A stretch of 64,000 nt of DNA from Octopus vulgaris (GCA_951406725.2 OX597818.1:125364001-125428000), one strand, 5' to 3'; shown: positions 39,980 through 54,017, counted from the stretch's first letter. Made by a program: numbers and translations. Notes: a model not told the origin generated them from the letters alone.

Positions 39980-40627
39980 TATGTATATATATATATATAC
40001 ATATATATACATATACATATATATGTATGTATGTATATATATATACATATACATACATACATACATACATACAGTAGTTATATAAACTGCAGGTGTTTTT
40101 GAAATATATGTACTGGGTATAATATATAAATCACTGTAACGATGTAATGATATGAACCACTATTTTGGGGGTTTCTAAATATCAGCGACTGCCCTCTCCC
40201 CTACCAACACCACAATGCATAAACTAGTCTAGTTTTCAGCTATTACATTATGATAGAGAGTAATTGTATGGAAGAGGACATTACAGAGACAAGGAGGACA
40301 GTGAATTGCTGTCACTTGAAAACTAAATAAATCAATCAATTCTAAACGACTTAGGAAACCTAATTGCATGGTTGTTTAGCTCTAGGTGAACTCTAATCAA
40401 CCACATCTATGATCATATGTATGCCGTGCGTGACCATCCCGTCCTATTTTGTTGTTTTTCTTTTCAATGTGCAGGCATAGCTGTGTGGTTGAGTGGGCTC
40501 GCTTCTCAACCATGTGATTTCGCGTTCAATTCCATTGTAAAACATTGTGTTTTCTGCGATAGCCTTGAGCCTGCTAATGCCTTACAAATGAGCAGATTTC
40601 GTTGATAAAATCTGTGGAAAACCGTCA

Positions 40628-40691
<64 letters not shown>

Positions 40692-41126
40692 ATATTAATG
40701 TGTGTGTGTGTGTGTTTGTGTTTGAACCCCCTTTCGCTTGACATCCATGGTTTCTTTACGGGCTGACTTCCCCGTAACCTAGCAGTTCGACTAAAGAACG
40801 ATAGAATAAGTGTCTGAGTTAAAAAGAAGTCCTAGAATCAATTTGTTCAACAAGCAGGACAAGACTGTGCTCCCGCAAGGCCGCAGCCCAATGACTGCAA
40901 CAAGAGTAAAATAAGTGTTAAAAACTAAAATACTTTTTCTCAAATTACATTATTCCATATGTCCGTCTTGTCTTAAAGTGGTGCAGTGTGATTTGAAGGG
41001 AACTTCGCTGCTATGTCTAGCAGGTTTAGTGACCATGCAGAGGATCCTGCATAGACTGTATAAATAAACTTATAATCAAAACACTCTAGCTTGTCTTTTA
41101 TTCAGCCACAGAATATTTAGAACTAC

Positions 41127-41512
41127 GTGGAGGCGCAATGGCCCAGTGGTTAGGGCAGCGGACTCGCGGTCATAGGATCGCGGTTTCGATTCCCAGACCG
41201 GGCGTTGAGAGTGTTTATTGAGCGAAAACACCTAAAAGCTCCATGAGGCTCCGGCAGGGGATGGTGGTGATCCCTGCTGTACTCTTTCACCACAACTTTC
41301 TCTCACTCTTACTTCCTGTTTCTGTTGTACCTGTATTTCAAGGGGCCGGTCTTGTCACTCTCTGTGTCACGCTGAATATCCCCGAGAACTACGTTAAGGG
41401 TACACGTGTCTGTGGAGTGCTCAGCCACTTACACGTTAATTTCACGAGCAGGCTGTTCCGTTGATTCGGATCAACCGGAACCCTCGTCGTCGTAACCGAC
41501 GGAGTGCTTTTA
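41127..41512 (+). mobile_element. tRNA-derived SINE (head type B, tail 3), full length with TSD
   Basis: 12-bp TSD ATTTAGAACTAC (41115-41126, 41513-41524); A and B boxes present. Confidence 0.9.
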
Positions 41513-41587
41513 ATTTAGAACTACACTTTTTAAATGTGATTTTCGTTCCTTCCTTCGTTAGATAAATAGATTGACAGCTCAATATAT

Positions 41588-41890
41588 ACTTTTACTCTTT
41601 ACTCTTTTACTTGTTTCAGTCATTTGACTGCGGCCATGCTGGAGCACCGCCTTTAATTGAGCAACTCGACACCAGGACTTATTCTTTGTAAGCCCAGTAC
41701 TTATTCTATCGGTCTCTTTTGCCGAACCGCTAAGTGACGGGGACATAAACACACCAGCATCGGTTGTCAAGTAATGCTAGGGGGACAAACACAGACACAC
41801 AAACATACACGCACACGCACACACACACACAGACACACACAGACACACACACGCACACACACACACACACAGACACACACACACACACAC

Positions 41891-41937
<47 letters not shown>

Positions 41938-42101
41938 TACGACGGGTTTCTTTCAGTTTCCGTCTACAAATCCACTCACAAGGCTTTGGTCGGCCCGAGG
42001 CTATAGTAGAAGACACTTGTCCAAGGTGCCACGCAGTGGGACTGAACCCGAACCATGTGGTTGGTAAGCAAGCTACTTACCACACAGCCACTCCTGCACC
42101 T
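41588..42101 (-). mobile_element. SINE type A, full length
   Basis: Reverse complement of 23573-24000 with a longer internal microsatellite. Confidence 0.9.
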
Positions 42102-42162
42102 ATATATATATATATATACTCTTATATACGTTTCAGCCCTAAGGCTGCGGCCATGCTGGAGC

Positions 42163-42467
42163 AGGTGCGTAGCTTAGTGGTTGGGATATACGTCTCACGA
42201 CAGTAAGGTCGTGAGTTCAATTCCCGGCGACGCGTTGTTTCTGAGAGCAAGACAGTTTATTTCACGTTGCTCTAGTCCACTCAAATGGCAAAAATGAGTT
42301 GTCCCTGTATTTCAAAGGGTCAATCTTGTCACACTCTCTGTCGCGCTGAATCACCCTGAGAACTACATTAAGGGTACGCATGTCTGTGGAGTAGCCAGTC
42401 ACTTGCACGTTAATTTCACGAGTAGTCTGTTCCGTTGATCAGATCAACTAGAACCGACGGAGTGTCA
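42163..42467 (+). mobile_element. tRNA-derived SINE (head type C, tail 3)
   Basis: Head shared with 28993-29331. Tail CCTGTATTTCAAAGGG...ACCGACGGAGTG shared with 41127-41512. Confidence 0.8.
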
Positions 42468-42472
42468 TATAC

Positions 42473-42503
<31 letters not shown>

Positions 42504-42514
42504 TATATGTGTGT

Positions 42515-42645
42515 GCCCCTTTCTGTAGAAGAGCGTAGGCTCGAAACGTAAAAGACTTTTTCTATTCCTGAGCGTTATACTAATACATCTGTTTGTTTTG
42601 TACACCACCTGTCTTCGTCTTTTGTTTTTTTCGTAAGCTCTCCCT
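42515..42645 (+). mobile_element. PLE pLTR-like element in (TA)n with hammerhead motif 42519-42554
   Basis: cttt-CTGTAGA-A-GAGC-GTAG-GCTC-GAAAC-GTA-aaag. Confidence 0.65.
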
Positions 42646-42665
42646 ATATATATACATATATATAT

Positions 42666-42730
<65 letters not shown>

Positions 42731-42759
42731 CATATATATATATATATATATATACATAT

Positions 42760-42799
<40 letters not shown>

Positions 42800-43310
42800 C
42801 CTCCCCCTCTTCTTCCCCTCCCCTTCTCTCCCCCTCTTCTTCCCCTCCCCTTCTCTCCCCCTCTTCTCCCCCTCCCCCTCTTCTCCTCACTACACCACAT
42901 GACTTTACACATCACATCACATATGATGTGTCATACTAATACATACACCAACTAATACATACTAATACGTACTAATACATACTAATACATACTAATACAT
43001 ACATCAACCCTATACATACACACGTCCAGACCCCGCATACGCACTTATACTCTCTCATACACACACACACACACTTATACATACTAATACGTACTAATAC
43101 ATACTAATACATACTAATACATACACCAACCCCATACATACGCACGTCCAGACCAATCCTACGCACTAATACTCTCTCATACACACACACACACACCCTT
43201 ATACATACTAATACATACACCAACCCTATACATACACACGTCCAGACCCCTCCTACGCACTATTAGCTGGTCCTTCAACCCTATTATCAACCCTATTATC
43301 TCCCCTTATT
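42800..43310 (+). repeat. Nested tandem repeats: C/T-rich 24-mer, (TACTAATACA)n, and three 100-120 bp units with CACGTCCAGACC
   Basis: Directly visible. Lies immediately 5' of the 43310-43571 element and may be its UTR. Confidence 0.75.
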
Positions 43311-43571
43311 TCGCTCTCGCGTCTCATGTTTGATCTTTGACCTCTGGCCGAAATCAGATCGCCATGTTGATTCGTTAGCTACTGCACGCATTTTTTTCCC
43401 TCCTTCTTTCTGTGTTTTTTTTTCTCTCTGTGTATCTTTCTGTTGAAGAGCGTAGGCTCGAAACGTTAAAGACTTGCTTTATTTATATTTCCTGAGCGCC
43501 ATACTAATACAATTGTTCGTTTGTTTTCCACCTGCCTTCGTCTTTTGTTTATTTTCATAAAGCTTCCCGTT
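43310..43571 (+). mobile_element. PLE pLTR-like element ending in (TA)n with hammerhead motif 43435-43472
   Basis: tcttt-CTGTTGA-A-GAGC-GTAG-GCTC-GAAAC-GTT-aaaga. Confidence 0.65.
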
Positions 43572-43604
43572 ATATATATATATATATATATATATAAAGA
43601 TAGG

Positions 43605-43660
<56 letters not shown>

Positions 43661-43675
43661 CAGATATATATATAT

Positions 43676-43727
<52 letters not shown>

Positions 43728-44368
43728 TTAGATAGATAGATAGATTTCTTTATTGGCCACGCAGGGCTGAACACAGAATGGACAAAATACAAAGTAGAGC
43801 TTTTCTTTTTGGGAAGAAGAGAAGGAAAAAAAGTGGGTCGAATTCCGATCAAAAGGGATCGTGAAAAAAAAAAAGGATGACAGACAAGAATCAGATGGAT
43901 ATGAAATACAGAAGAAAGAAGCATGAAATGAATGATCATCAGTTAGACAAACAGGACGAAACAAAAGGGGAGAGAAAGAGAGAGGGAGGGAGCGAGAGGG
44001 CAAACATAATTAGAGAGTGAACAGAAGAGAGAGAGATAGAGAAGAGGGAGAGAAAATAGCGGGACAGAAGGGAGGGAAAACGGGAATGAGAAACCAAGAG
44101 TTAGGCACATATAAAAGCAGAAAGTTAAATAGGGGTGTGGGGAAAGAAAACTCCGGCAAAATACAAAATAGAAAAAAAAAACATTCCTCCCTTCCCCTGC
44201 AACACCTTATACTTCTCCCTCTTAAAAAATGGAAAATACCTTTCCTCTTCCCCCCGCCAGAACTAGCAGACAATGTCCTCGAGCTAAACAGACCTAGTAC
44301 ACATATATACATGCATACATACATGTAGATATATATGTGCGTGTATACGCGCGCACACTGACACACAG

Positions 44369-44419
<51 letters not shown>

Positions 44420-44849
44420 TGCACACGCATACATACACAAATACGCACGCACACACGCGCATACATATACACATTCACACATAATAGATGGTGACAATGA
44501 TGACATGACTAATAGAAGATATACGAAACCGTAAAAGATTGTTACAACATGGAAAGTCAACAAATATGACAAGAATATTCTTTGGTGTCATGGGTCTGTT
44601 TGTTTACATTGCAAATACAAGATTCGTTATCAATTTATAAAAATGGAACACCAAAGGTTTCGAAAAAGAAAAAATCCATTTTATTTTTTTCAGTTTTTGT
44701 TTGTTTTTGTTTTCGCCTTTAATGGCTTTAGTTTTGTTGCTGTTGTTTTTGATGAAGTCCATGTTGTTTAACTTCAGATCAGTCTTCGGCGGGAAGACCT
44801 ATTATCAAAGATATTTCAGCTGTGACCAACTAGTTTACGTTTGTTTGTG

Positions 44850-44880
<31 letters not shown>

Positions 44881-45198
44881 GTGTTATGTGTGTGTGTGTA
44901 GTGTCCTTGAGTAAGGCAATGTGTTTCATGCTGCTCCTGCTGTTTACTCGCTGGTGTATACCTTTTTTCAACTGATCAGTTCTAATGGATAATGGCCGTG
45001 AGGCTCGAGAGGGTATCTTTGCCTGCTCGCGACTTCATAGAAAAATGAGTGACGCCTAGAAAAATGAGCGAAAGCCGAATGTACATGGCAGAAAGTCATA
45101 CCCGCTTGTTTGCATTGCTATGGTTTGGTTATATATATATATATATATATATATATTGGTTATATATTGTCTCTAATTTAATATAATATATATATATA

Positions 45199-45418
45199 TC
45201 TTAGCTTAGTTTTTCCTTGGGGCTGGCCAGATTGGAGCAATCTCAAGATTAATCAGCCGAAATTGCGAGGATGATCCGGTTCTTGACTGAAGATAAAAGG
45301 CTTCGAATGACCCGTCCGTTTTTTTTTGTATCGTCTATCTGGATGTTTTGGTCTCCCCTTTTTGTATCACCTAGTTGTCGGGATGTTTTGCGTTCTTGTC
45401 CCATTTTGTATTCATTAT
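45199..45418 (+). mobile_element. Short interspersed element inserted in (TA)n (family shared with 61703-61897, minus strand)
   Basis: CCAGATTGGAGCAATCTC...GAAATTGCGA...CTTCGAATGACCC...GCGTTCTTGTCCCATTTTGTA present in both copies. A related 3' end is at 39420-39530. Confidence 0.65.
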
Positions 45419-45431
45419 ATATATATATATA

Positions 45432-45492
<61 letters not shown>

Positions 45493-46680
45493 ATTATCAG
45501 CAGTTGACGATTTTCCAAGAGTTTTGCCCCAGGCTGGGCTGTTCTCTGCTATCGAAACTTGAGTAGATCGTCAACTTTTGATATAATAAACATTTCTGTC
45601 TACTCTATCCAACGTATTGAATTCTATATCAGACAACTGTTTGTACTGAGTAAGATATAACATACATTACAACTTTCACATTACAATATCTCGTGTCTAT
45701 CTTTCTATCATTGTGTGTGAGTATGTGAGCGTACTTTTACACACACACGCACACTCACACACTACACTAGAAAGTGTATCCTTACTATTTTGTCTGCCAA
45801 CTTAACCGACTGTGTCACTCTGGCACATAACCAGAAAAATGCAAGAGGGATGAATGCCATCGGTCTTACTGATTTGGGGGAGTTTTTGACAATCGATTTT
45901 CTATTTCTGTCAGGGCGTGTGAATCAGTCTATTAAAGCCACTGATGTATTTGACCCGTGCTTATTTCCTCAACATTGGAAGATGCGGAATTGCAAAGTCA
46001 ATCTTCGTGGAATACGAACTTGGGACGTAATGGGGCGTATCTAGACACTTCAATGCATTCTGCTATCCAGTGCACTAAAAATGATTTCAAATTTTGGCTA
46101 AAGGCCTGCAGTTTTAGAAGAAGGAAGTTAGTCGATAACATTGGCTCCAGTACTTAAATAGAACTTTATTTTATCGGCCCCCAAAAGGATGAAAGGCTAA
46201 GTTGACTTTGGTGGAATTTGAACTCTGAACGTTTTGACTGGGTAGAAATACTGTGAAGCATTTTGTTCAATGTTGTCAGCTCGCCGTTTTATCCAGCCCT
46301 CTAATAATTCTTTCTATTTTAGGCACTGAGCCTCAAATTTTGCGGAAGTTGGCTAATGGATTATACAGATCCCAGTACTCGGCGAAATTTGAACTCAGCT
46401 CAACCATAAAGCCTGAAGAAATGCCGCCAAGTATATTGTCCGGCGCACTAACCATTCCACCGTCTCACCGCCCTATCCAGCCTTCTAACAAAAATCTTTT
46501 TTGGTATGGACATTAGCGCCTGAAATTTTCTGGGAGGGGACTAGTCAATTATATCTACCCCAGTGCTCGGCTAGTACTTATTTCAAATACTGACATTACC
46601 AGTATTTGAACTAAAAGCATAAAAAGGGCCTATTTGAACTAAAAAACATAAAAAAGGCCCTATCTAAATACCGGCTAGTA

Positions 46681-46884
46681 TTTGTTTCAGTCATTTGACT
46701 GCGGCCATGCTGGTGCACCGCCTTTATTCGAACAGATCGACCCCAGGACTTATTCTTTGTAAGCCTAGTACTTATTCTATCGGTCGCTTTAACCGAACCG
46801 CTAAATTACGGGGAGGTAAACACACCAACGTCAGTCGTCAAGCGATGGTGGGGGACAAACATAGACACACTCACTAATATATAT

Positions 46885-46916
<32 letters not shown>

Positions 46917-46936
46917 TTATATATATAGACATACTC

Positions 46937-46998
<62 letters not shown>

Positions 46999-47128
46999 GT
47001 TGGGCTTCTTTTAGTTTCCGTCTACCAAATTCACTCACAAGGCTTTGATCGGCCCGAGGCTATAGCAGAAGACACTTGCCCAAGGCACTACGCAGTGGGA
47101 CTGTTGGGGGAGACAAACACAGACACAT

Positions 47129-47209
<81 letters not shown>

Positions 47210-47352
47210 CGGCGAGTTTCTTTCAGTTTCCGTTTACGAAATCCACTCACATGGCTTTGGCCGGCCCAAGGCTATAGTAGAAGACACTTGCCGAAGGACT
47301 GAACCCGGAACCATGTGGCTGGAAAGCAAGCTACTTATCACACAACCATTCC
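46681..47352. mobile_element. Nested or partial type A SINEs (minus orientation)
   Basis: Two TTTCAGTTTCCGT...CACTCAC modules separated by microsatellites. Confidence 0.75.
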
Positions 47353-47403
47353 TGTTGCTTTTCGAGACCGTGTAGCGTGTATATGTGTGTTGGCATTATA
47401 CAG

Positions 47404-47436
<33 letters not shown>

Positions 47437-47834
47437 TGTACATACATATTCCTAAATACATATACATGTGTATTCGAGTTTACTGTCATCGTTTTGAGGG
47501 TGGTTGGCAGTGATGGTTGACAATGATGATGGTGGCGATGACATTGGTGGTGATTGGGATGATACCGGTGATAGCGATGGCTGTAGTGATAGTAGTGGTG
47601 ACGAGAATGGTGATGGCGGTGATGGTGATGGTAGCGACAGCGGGGATGATGGTGGTGGTGATGGTAGTGGTGCTGGTGGTGGTGATGGTAGTGGTGATGG
47701 TGGTGGTAATGGTTGATGTTAAGAGTTGTAGTTGCTATATTACAACTACATGTTATATGATAATTATGAAAAATACCAATGTTTTTTTGGGGTTTCATGA
47801 TTAGTCTATGTGTGTATGTGTATGTGTCTGTGTG

Positions 47835-47918
47835 TGTGTGAGTGTGTATGTGTATTTGTGTGTGTGAGTGTGTATGTGTTTTTGTGTAAGTAAATTTGTG
47901 TATTTGAAAGTTAAGAAG

Positions 47919-47961
<43 letters not shown>

Positions 47962-48050
47962 TGTGTATGTGCATTTGTGTGTGTGTGAGTGTGTATGTGT
48001 TTTTGTGTAAGTGTATTTGTGTATTTGAAAGTTAAGAAGTTGTGTGTGTG
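47835..48050 (+). repeat. Tandem duplication, period 121 bp
   Basis: ATTTGTGTATTTGAAAGTTAAGAAGTTGTG occurs at about 47894 and 48015. Confidence 0.85.
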
Positions 48051-48463
48051 TGTGTGTGTGTGTATGTGAGTGTGTGCTTGTGTTTGTGTTTGTGTGTGCG
48101 TGTGTGTGTGTCTCTGTGTGCCTGTGGCGGGTTGGTGGTGGAATTGCGGGACGAAGTAGGAGTAGTTGAATAGAAAACGAAAAAAAAAATATAAAAAATA
48201 AAGAAGGAATAAAAAGAGAAATAAATGAAAACAAGACAATATAAACGAAAAAAAAACAACACACGCATGAGAGATTGAACATGAGTGAATCCAACAAGTT
48301 ATAAGAAAATCCCTTATTAAGGATATGTATGTGTGTGTGTGTGTGTGTATGTAAGTGTATGCATATATATACACATACACGCACACATGTACACATGCAT
48401 ATATATGTATATATATAAATGCACATATACATTCATGTGTATATCTATCTATCTATATATATA

Positions 48464-48775
48464 CTTTATTCAAAGCAGCAGAAAATTCAACAAAACCTGT
48501 TACTCTGAGTTTCCCGTTGCCGTTCATCGGACAGTTTTTGCTAGAATGGTTCCATTCTAGGGTTCCATTCTAGCAAAAACTGTCCGATGAACGGCAACGG
48601 GAAACTCAGAGTAACAGGTCCATTCTAGCAAAAACTGTCCGACGAACGGCAATGGGAAACTCAGAGTAACAGGTTTTGTTGAATTTTCTGCTGCTTTGAA
48701 TAAAGCATATTACTCTACCACTGGTATTTGAGTACTCTTTTTCCACCTTGTTTCACATTTATGTGTTTACTCCGG

Positions 48776-48778
<3 letters not shown>
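48464..48778. mobile_element. PLE-like cassette with inverted arm and tandem duplication, containing three hammerhead motifs
   Basis: 48464-48549 is the reverse complement of 48620-48705. A 55-bp unit is duplicated at 48565-48618 and 48620-48673. Motifs at 48497-48534 (-), 48580-48617 (+) and 48635-48672 (+). Confidence 0.75.
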
Positions 48779-48858
<80 letters not shown>

Positions 48859-48897
48859 ATACGTATCAAATGAAATAAAATGAAAAAAAAGGACACA

Positions 48898-48936
<39 letters not shown>

Positions 48937-48991
48937 GGGAAATGGAGGGAGAAAGGGGGAGTGTGCGTGAGATCGATCGATAGATAGATAA

Positions 48992-49050
<59 letters not shown>

Positions 49051-49408
49051 ACGAAGTACTTTTTTTAGAATATGTAGTGTGAAAAGAGAGTGGCCAGCCA
49101 GACATAAAGACAAGACAGGGTGGGTTATAAAAGTAATAGATTTAAAAAGAGATCGATAGATAAATTGCTAAGCAGGTAAGTAGGTAGACAGACAGATATA
49201 TAGGTCTGCCAACAGACAGAGAGCAATACACAACTGACCACGTATGAATGAACACAATAGTAGAGTGAGAGACCGGTTAAAAAACAGTGATAGGTAGACA
49301 GACGGACACACGGACGGACAGGCAGACAGTTAGACAAATAGATAGATGGACGGGCGGACGGACGGTCAAACAGACAGACAGACAAATATATGGATGGATA
49401 GACAGGTT

Positions 49409-49478
<70 letters not shown>

Positions 49479-49641
49479 GAGATAGATAGATATACAGACA
49501 AGTAGATAAATGTAAGCATGAAGGTAAGCGGATAGCTTGATAGATCGGTAGATAGATATGCAAGTACGTAAGTAGATAGATAAGGAAATCGCAAGACAGG
49601 TCGATATGCAAACAAGTTAACTAGGTGGGAAGGAAATAGAT

Positions 49642-49994
49642 CAGTGGTGTTCAACCGATGTCCATATGGCCCTTCAGGATCAACATGACCCCTCAGAGTT
49701 TATATAATATTTTGGGGGATCAACACAAGAAAATAATAAATTGAGAATCCACAACAGTATTTTAAGGGCCCCTGAACAAAATTTAACATTAGATGTATGT
49801 ATTGGTATGTATTCGAGAAACAGTTTGGTTTCTTTCTCTAACATTTTACATAGTTCAACCTACACAAGTGAATGTGTGAAAAACGAAATAAGAATTTTGA
49901 AATAAGCTTCTATAAAACTAGTTTTTGAACATCGAATGGCTATGGGGTCCACCAGAAAAGGAATCCTTAGATTAAAAATGGTTGAGAACCCCTG
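49642..49994. mobile_element. hAT (Charlie-like) MITE
   Basis: TIRs CAGTGGTGTTCAACC / GGTTGAGAACCCCTG and a degenerate 8-bp TSD AAATAGAT/AGATAAAT. A right-end remnant of the same family ends at 52647. Confidence 0.75.
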
Positions 49995-50040
49995 AGATAA
50001 ATTGTCAGACAGACAGAATGTATTGGGTTTATGATTATAG

Positions 50041-50270
50041 GCGGTGAGTTGGGAGAACCGTTAGCACGCCGGGCGAAATGCGTAGCCGTATTTCGTCTGC
50101 CGTTACGTTCTCAGTTCAAATTCCGCCGAGGTCGACTTTGCCTTTCATCCTTTCGAGGTCGATAAATTAAGTACCAGTTTAGCACTGGGGTCGATGTAAT
50201 CGACTTAATCCGTTTGTCTGTCCTTGTTTGTCCTCCCTGTGTTTAGCCCCTTGTGGGTAGTAAAGAAATA
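50041..50270 (+). mobile_element. SINE type D (Meta-domain-like), full length with TSD
   Basis: 8-bp TSD GATTATAG (50033-50040, 50271-50278). tRNA-like head with long hairpin CGGGCGAAATGC/GTATTTCGTCTG, B box, and GCCTTTCATCCTTTCGAGGTCGATAAA domain. Confidence 0.9.
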
Positions 50271-50363
50271 GATTATAGTCGATGGAATTTCTTTAGAATT
50301 TTGGGTCTGAAATTGGAAAATACCAGAATATTAACAGGATATTTGGGACAACAAACACATACA

Positions 50364-50400
<37 letters not shown>

Positions 50401-50481
50401 CACACACACATAATTCTGATTTTTTTTTCTCCACTACGATGTTACACGTTTTAAAAAGCTGGCAACCATCTTTTATTTTTA

Positions 50482-50922
50482 TCTTTTACTTGTTTCAGTC
50501 ACTTGACTGCGGCCATGCTGGAGTACGGCCATAAAAAAATGTTTAGTTGAATGAATCGACCCCAGTACTTATTTCATCGGTGTCTATTGCCGAACCGCTA
50601 GATTACGAGGACGTAAAAATATTAACACCGGTTGTCAAGCGGTAATGGGGGACAAACACACACAAACATACTCCACACAAACACACACACATACATACTA
50701 CGGGCTTCTTTCTGTTTCCGCCTACTAAATCCATTCACAAGTCTTTGGTCAACCCGAGGTTACGTGGAGAGAGTGAACCTGAAACCATGTGGTTGGGAAG
50801 CAAGCTTCTTACCTGAATTTTGGTGGGAGGGAACTAGTCGATTACATTGACCCCAGTGTTTCACTGGTACTTAATTTATCGACCCCGAAAGGATGAAAAG
50901 TATAGTCAACCACGGACTACTT

Positions 50923-50967
<45 letters not shown>

Positions 50968-51150
50968 TTACTAATAATAATAATAATTGCGGGGAGGGGA
51001 CAAGTCAATTACATCGACCCCAGTGTTTCACTGGTACTTAGTTTATCGAGCCCGAAGGGTTGGAAGGCAAAGTCGACCTCGGCGGAATTTGAACTCGATA
51101 CGTAGCGATAGATGAAATTCCAGTAAGTGTTTCACCCGGAGTGCTTACGA
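50482..51150 (-). mobile_element. Diverged type A SINE (50482-50812) followed by type D fragments
   Basis: Recognisable diagnostic motifs of both families. Confidence 0.7.
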
Positions 51151-51648
51151 TTTTAATTATCTTTGTCATATATGTCACAAATGCGACACAAATGGCTTAA
51201 ATTCGATACACAACATTGTACAATAAGTCAAAATACATAAAATAATGCTGTACGTATTCGTATATGTAGAATGTAGGACCACGTGTTAATATACAATAAA
51301 AATCAAGATCGGGCTCCACCGTTTATGAGATCACTCGTAGCCGTGTCGACTGAATAGAATATGTATTGTTGAAGAGGTCTAATAAGACAGAAGCATGTCT
51401 GATATTTTCGCCAGTTGGCTTTTAATAGCAATATTCAATATTCATTGCAATCTTAATTTTTTTTTGTATCGTTCCAAAATTTCGATCAGCTGACCTTAAT
51501 GAAGTTATCGTTCTTGCATGTTTTTTTTATTAACAGAAGAACTCATAGAAGGGTATTTTGGTTACTCATGGCTTAGATAATCTTAGCTGATCAAATAGTT
51601 TTAATTCACCATATAACATTGCCATGTACACGCATACATGAATATATG

Positions 51649-51693
<45 letters not shown>

Positions 51694-52138
51694 ACAGATG
51701 CACGCACGCACGCACACATACACGTATACACCCATATATATTTTATCATACATACATTCATACATGTGTGCGTGTGTGTGTATGTTTGTATCCATGCATG
51801 AACCTCCGTTTATATTCTAGAAATAAACAAACTGCAACCCTATAGTGATCCCAAAAGTGAAGGGTAACTCACTCAGGGAAGATTAGGGCTCACGAAAACC
51901 ACAGCCACATTCTGCTTCAGGCATGCTGCCTTCTAACCCCACTCAACAAACGCTATATTAACCCTTTGACTTTTCAAAGAATTTTTGATGAGGTTGTCCT
52001 AAGCGTCTATGTCGTTTTCAGATTTTTAGTTATCACTTTGTTTTACACTTTCTCAGTAGTATATAGCTTTCCTTTCGCGATTTCCATGCAATAAATTGAT
52101 TACACTTCTTCAATACACAAAATAAAAGAATTTTTTTG

Positions 52139-52270
52139 AGTGGTTGTATGGTAAGAAGCTTGCTTCCCAACCACATGGTTCCAGGTTCAGTCCCATTGCG
52201 TAGCACCTTGGGCAAATGTCTTCTACTATAGCCTCGGGCCGACCAAAGCGGAAACTAAAAGAAGCTCGAC

Positions 52271-52310
<40 letters not shown>

Positions 52311-52522
52311 TTGTGAGTGTGTCTATGTTTGTCCCCCTACCATCGCTTGACGACTGACGTTGGTGTGTTTACGTCCCCGTAACTTAGCGGTTCGGCCAAA
52401 GAAACGATAGAATAAGTACTAGGCTTACAAAGAATAAGTCCCGGGGTCGATTTGTTCGACTAAAGGCAGTGCTCCAGCATGGCCGCAGTCAAATGACTGA
52501 AACAAGTAAAAGGATAAAAAGA
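52139..52522 (+). mobile_element. SINE type A
   Basis: Head, internal (TA)n and tail present, with a small internal deletion. Confidence 0.85.
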
Positions 52523-54017
52523 ATACAAATCCTAATAGTATTTAATTATAAAAATAGAATAGGATTTTCTAAACTTTGAATGGCTATGGGTGGTCCTCCT
52601 GAGTAAAAGAGTCATCAAAGGAGTCCCTAGTGATTTGAGAACCACTGCTTTAGTGGTTAAAAAGATGGAAATGTGTATGTTATGTATGGACGCCAGTAAA
52701 AATATGTCCTGTATGTCATATGTGATACACTGTACAAAGAAAGGGTTGAAGGGTTGATTATTTTAAACAGACCGAATTTTACCGCCTCACATCCACTTTT
52801 AATGACCACAAACTAAATAAAGAAACTGAATGCAGTCGCTGAATTAGCAAGAAATACAGTCTGAATATTACTGAAATCACACCTAATCGTCTTTGAAAAA
52901 TAGAAGGACATGTTTGGATAATGGGCGGAGTTTTGGAATAGTAGTCCCTCGATGAAAAGGAAAAGAACAGTTTGCTTTCATTCAATTTTCAGCATTCCTG
53001 TGATTCATACAACAAAAATTACGATTCTGAAAAGGAACTGAGGGAAGGAGGTAGGCCGATAATATTTGGCTGGTGTTTGATTTTATCGACTTTCGGAAAG
53101 GTGAAAGTCGACCGTGGTGGGATCTGAACTGCAAATATAAATAACTAGAAGAAATACGTCAAGGTATTTTGACCAACACTTTAATGATTCTTCCAACCGA
53201 CTGCCCTTTATCAAAATTTTTTTCTAATTTGAACTCAGAACCTAAAAGCAGGCGAAATGCCGCTAAGCATTTTGACCGGCTCGAAAGGATTGTGCCTGTT
53301 CACGCCAAGGCCTGAAAATTGCTTTAAGATGTGTAGTGGGAAGAGTGGGTGGGAATCGGCTCTAGCGAACTCAGTACTTGATTGAAAAGGTGCTTCATTT
53401 CATGATTCCCGAAGGTTATGAAATGCAAAGTTGACCCCCGCGGGATTTGAACTCAGGACACTAAGAACCGTACAGCAAAGCATTTTGTCTGATGCACTAA
53501 ACGATAAACAAGAGCCATCACGTTTATGAATCACAAAAAACGGTGCAAGTTTTACAACGCATATGAAAAAAGAAAACAACAACAACAACCAAAACAAGTA
53601 TGAAAAACAACATAAAAGACAAAATATAATTGCCCTTAAAGGGAGTTCCATTTAGGGAGGTGGTTTCTTTATGTAACGTACCAAATACCATCTAAAATAT
53701 AAATCAATTTCTTTTAGTTTCCTCTTTTCTTTAGATGAAAACCTTTTCTAATATAGATGTAAGGCCTGAAATTGTTGGGGTGAGAATAATTGATTACATC
53801 GACTGGTACTTATTTTATCGACCCCCGAAAGGATGAATGGCAAAAATCGACATGGGCGGAATTTGAACTGAGAACCTAAAATCAGGCGAAGCGTTGCTAA
53901 GCATTTTGACCGGCCCTGAAACGATTCTGTATGTTCGCCCCTTTCATTATTACTTTTTTTTTAATACAAAAATAAAATAGAGTTTGCATTGCTGTATATA
54001 TATAAACTAAAAAAAGA

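Noticed and set aside
45285-45315. CTGAAGA...CGAATGAC hammerhead-like motif (also about 61795-61825, minus strand)
   Set aside because: It has GAAT instead of GAAA and no valid stem III or NUH triplet.
47480-47716. Gly/Asp-rich or His-rich ORFs (also 26180-26500)
   Set aside because: These are degenerate GAT/GGT triplet tracts open in several frames, with no splice or homology support.
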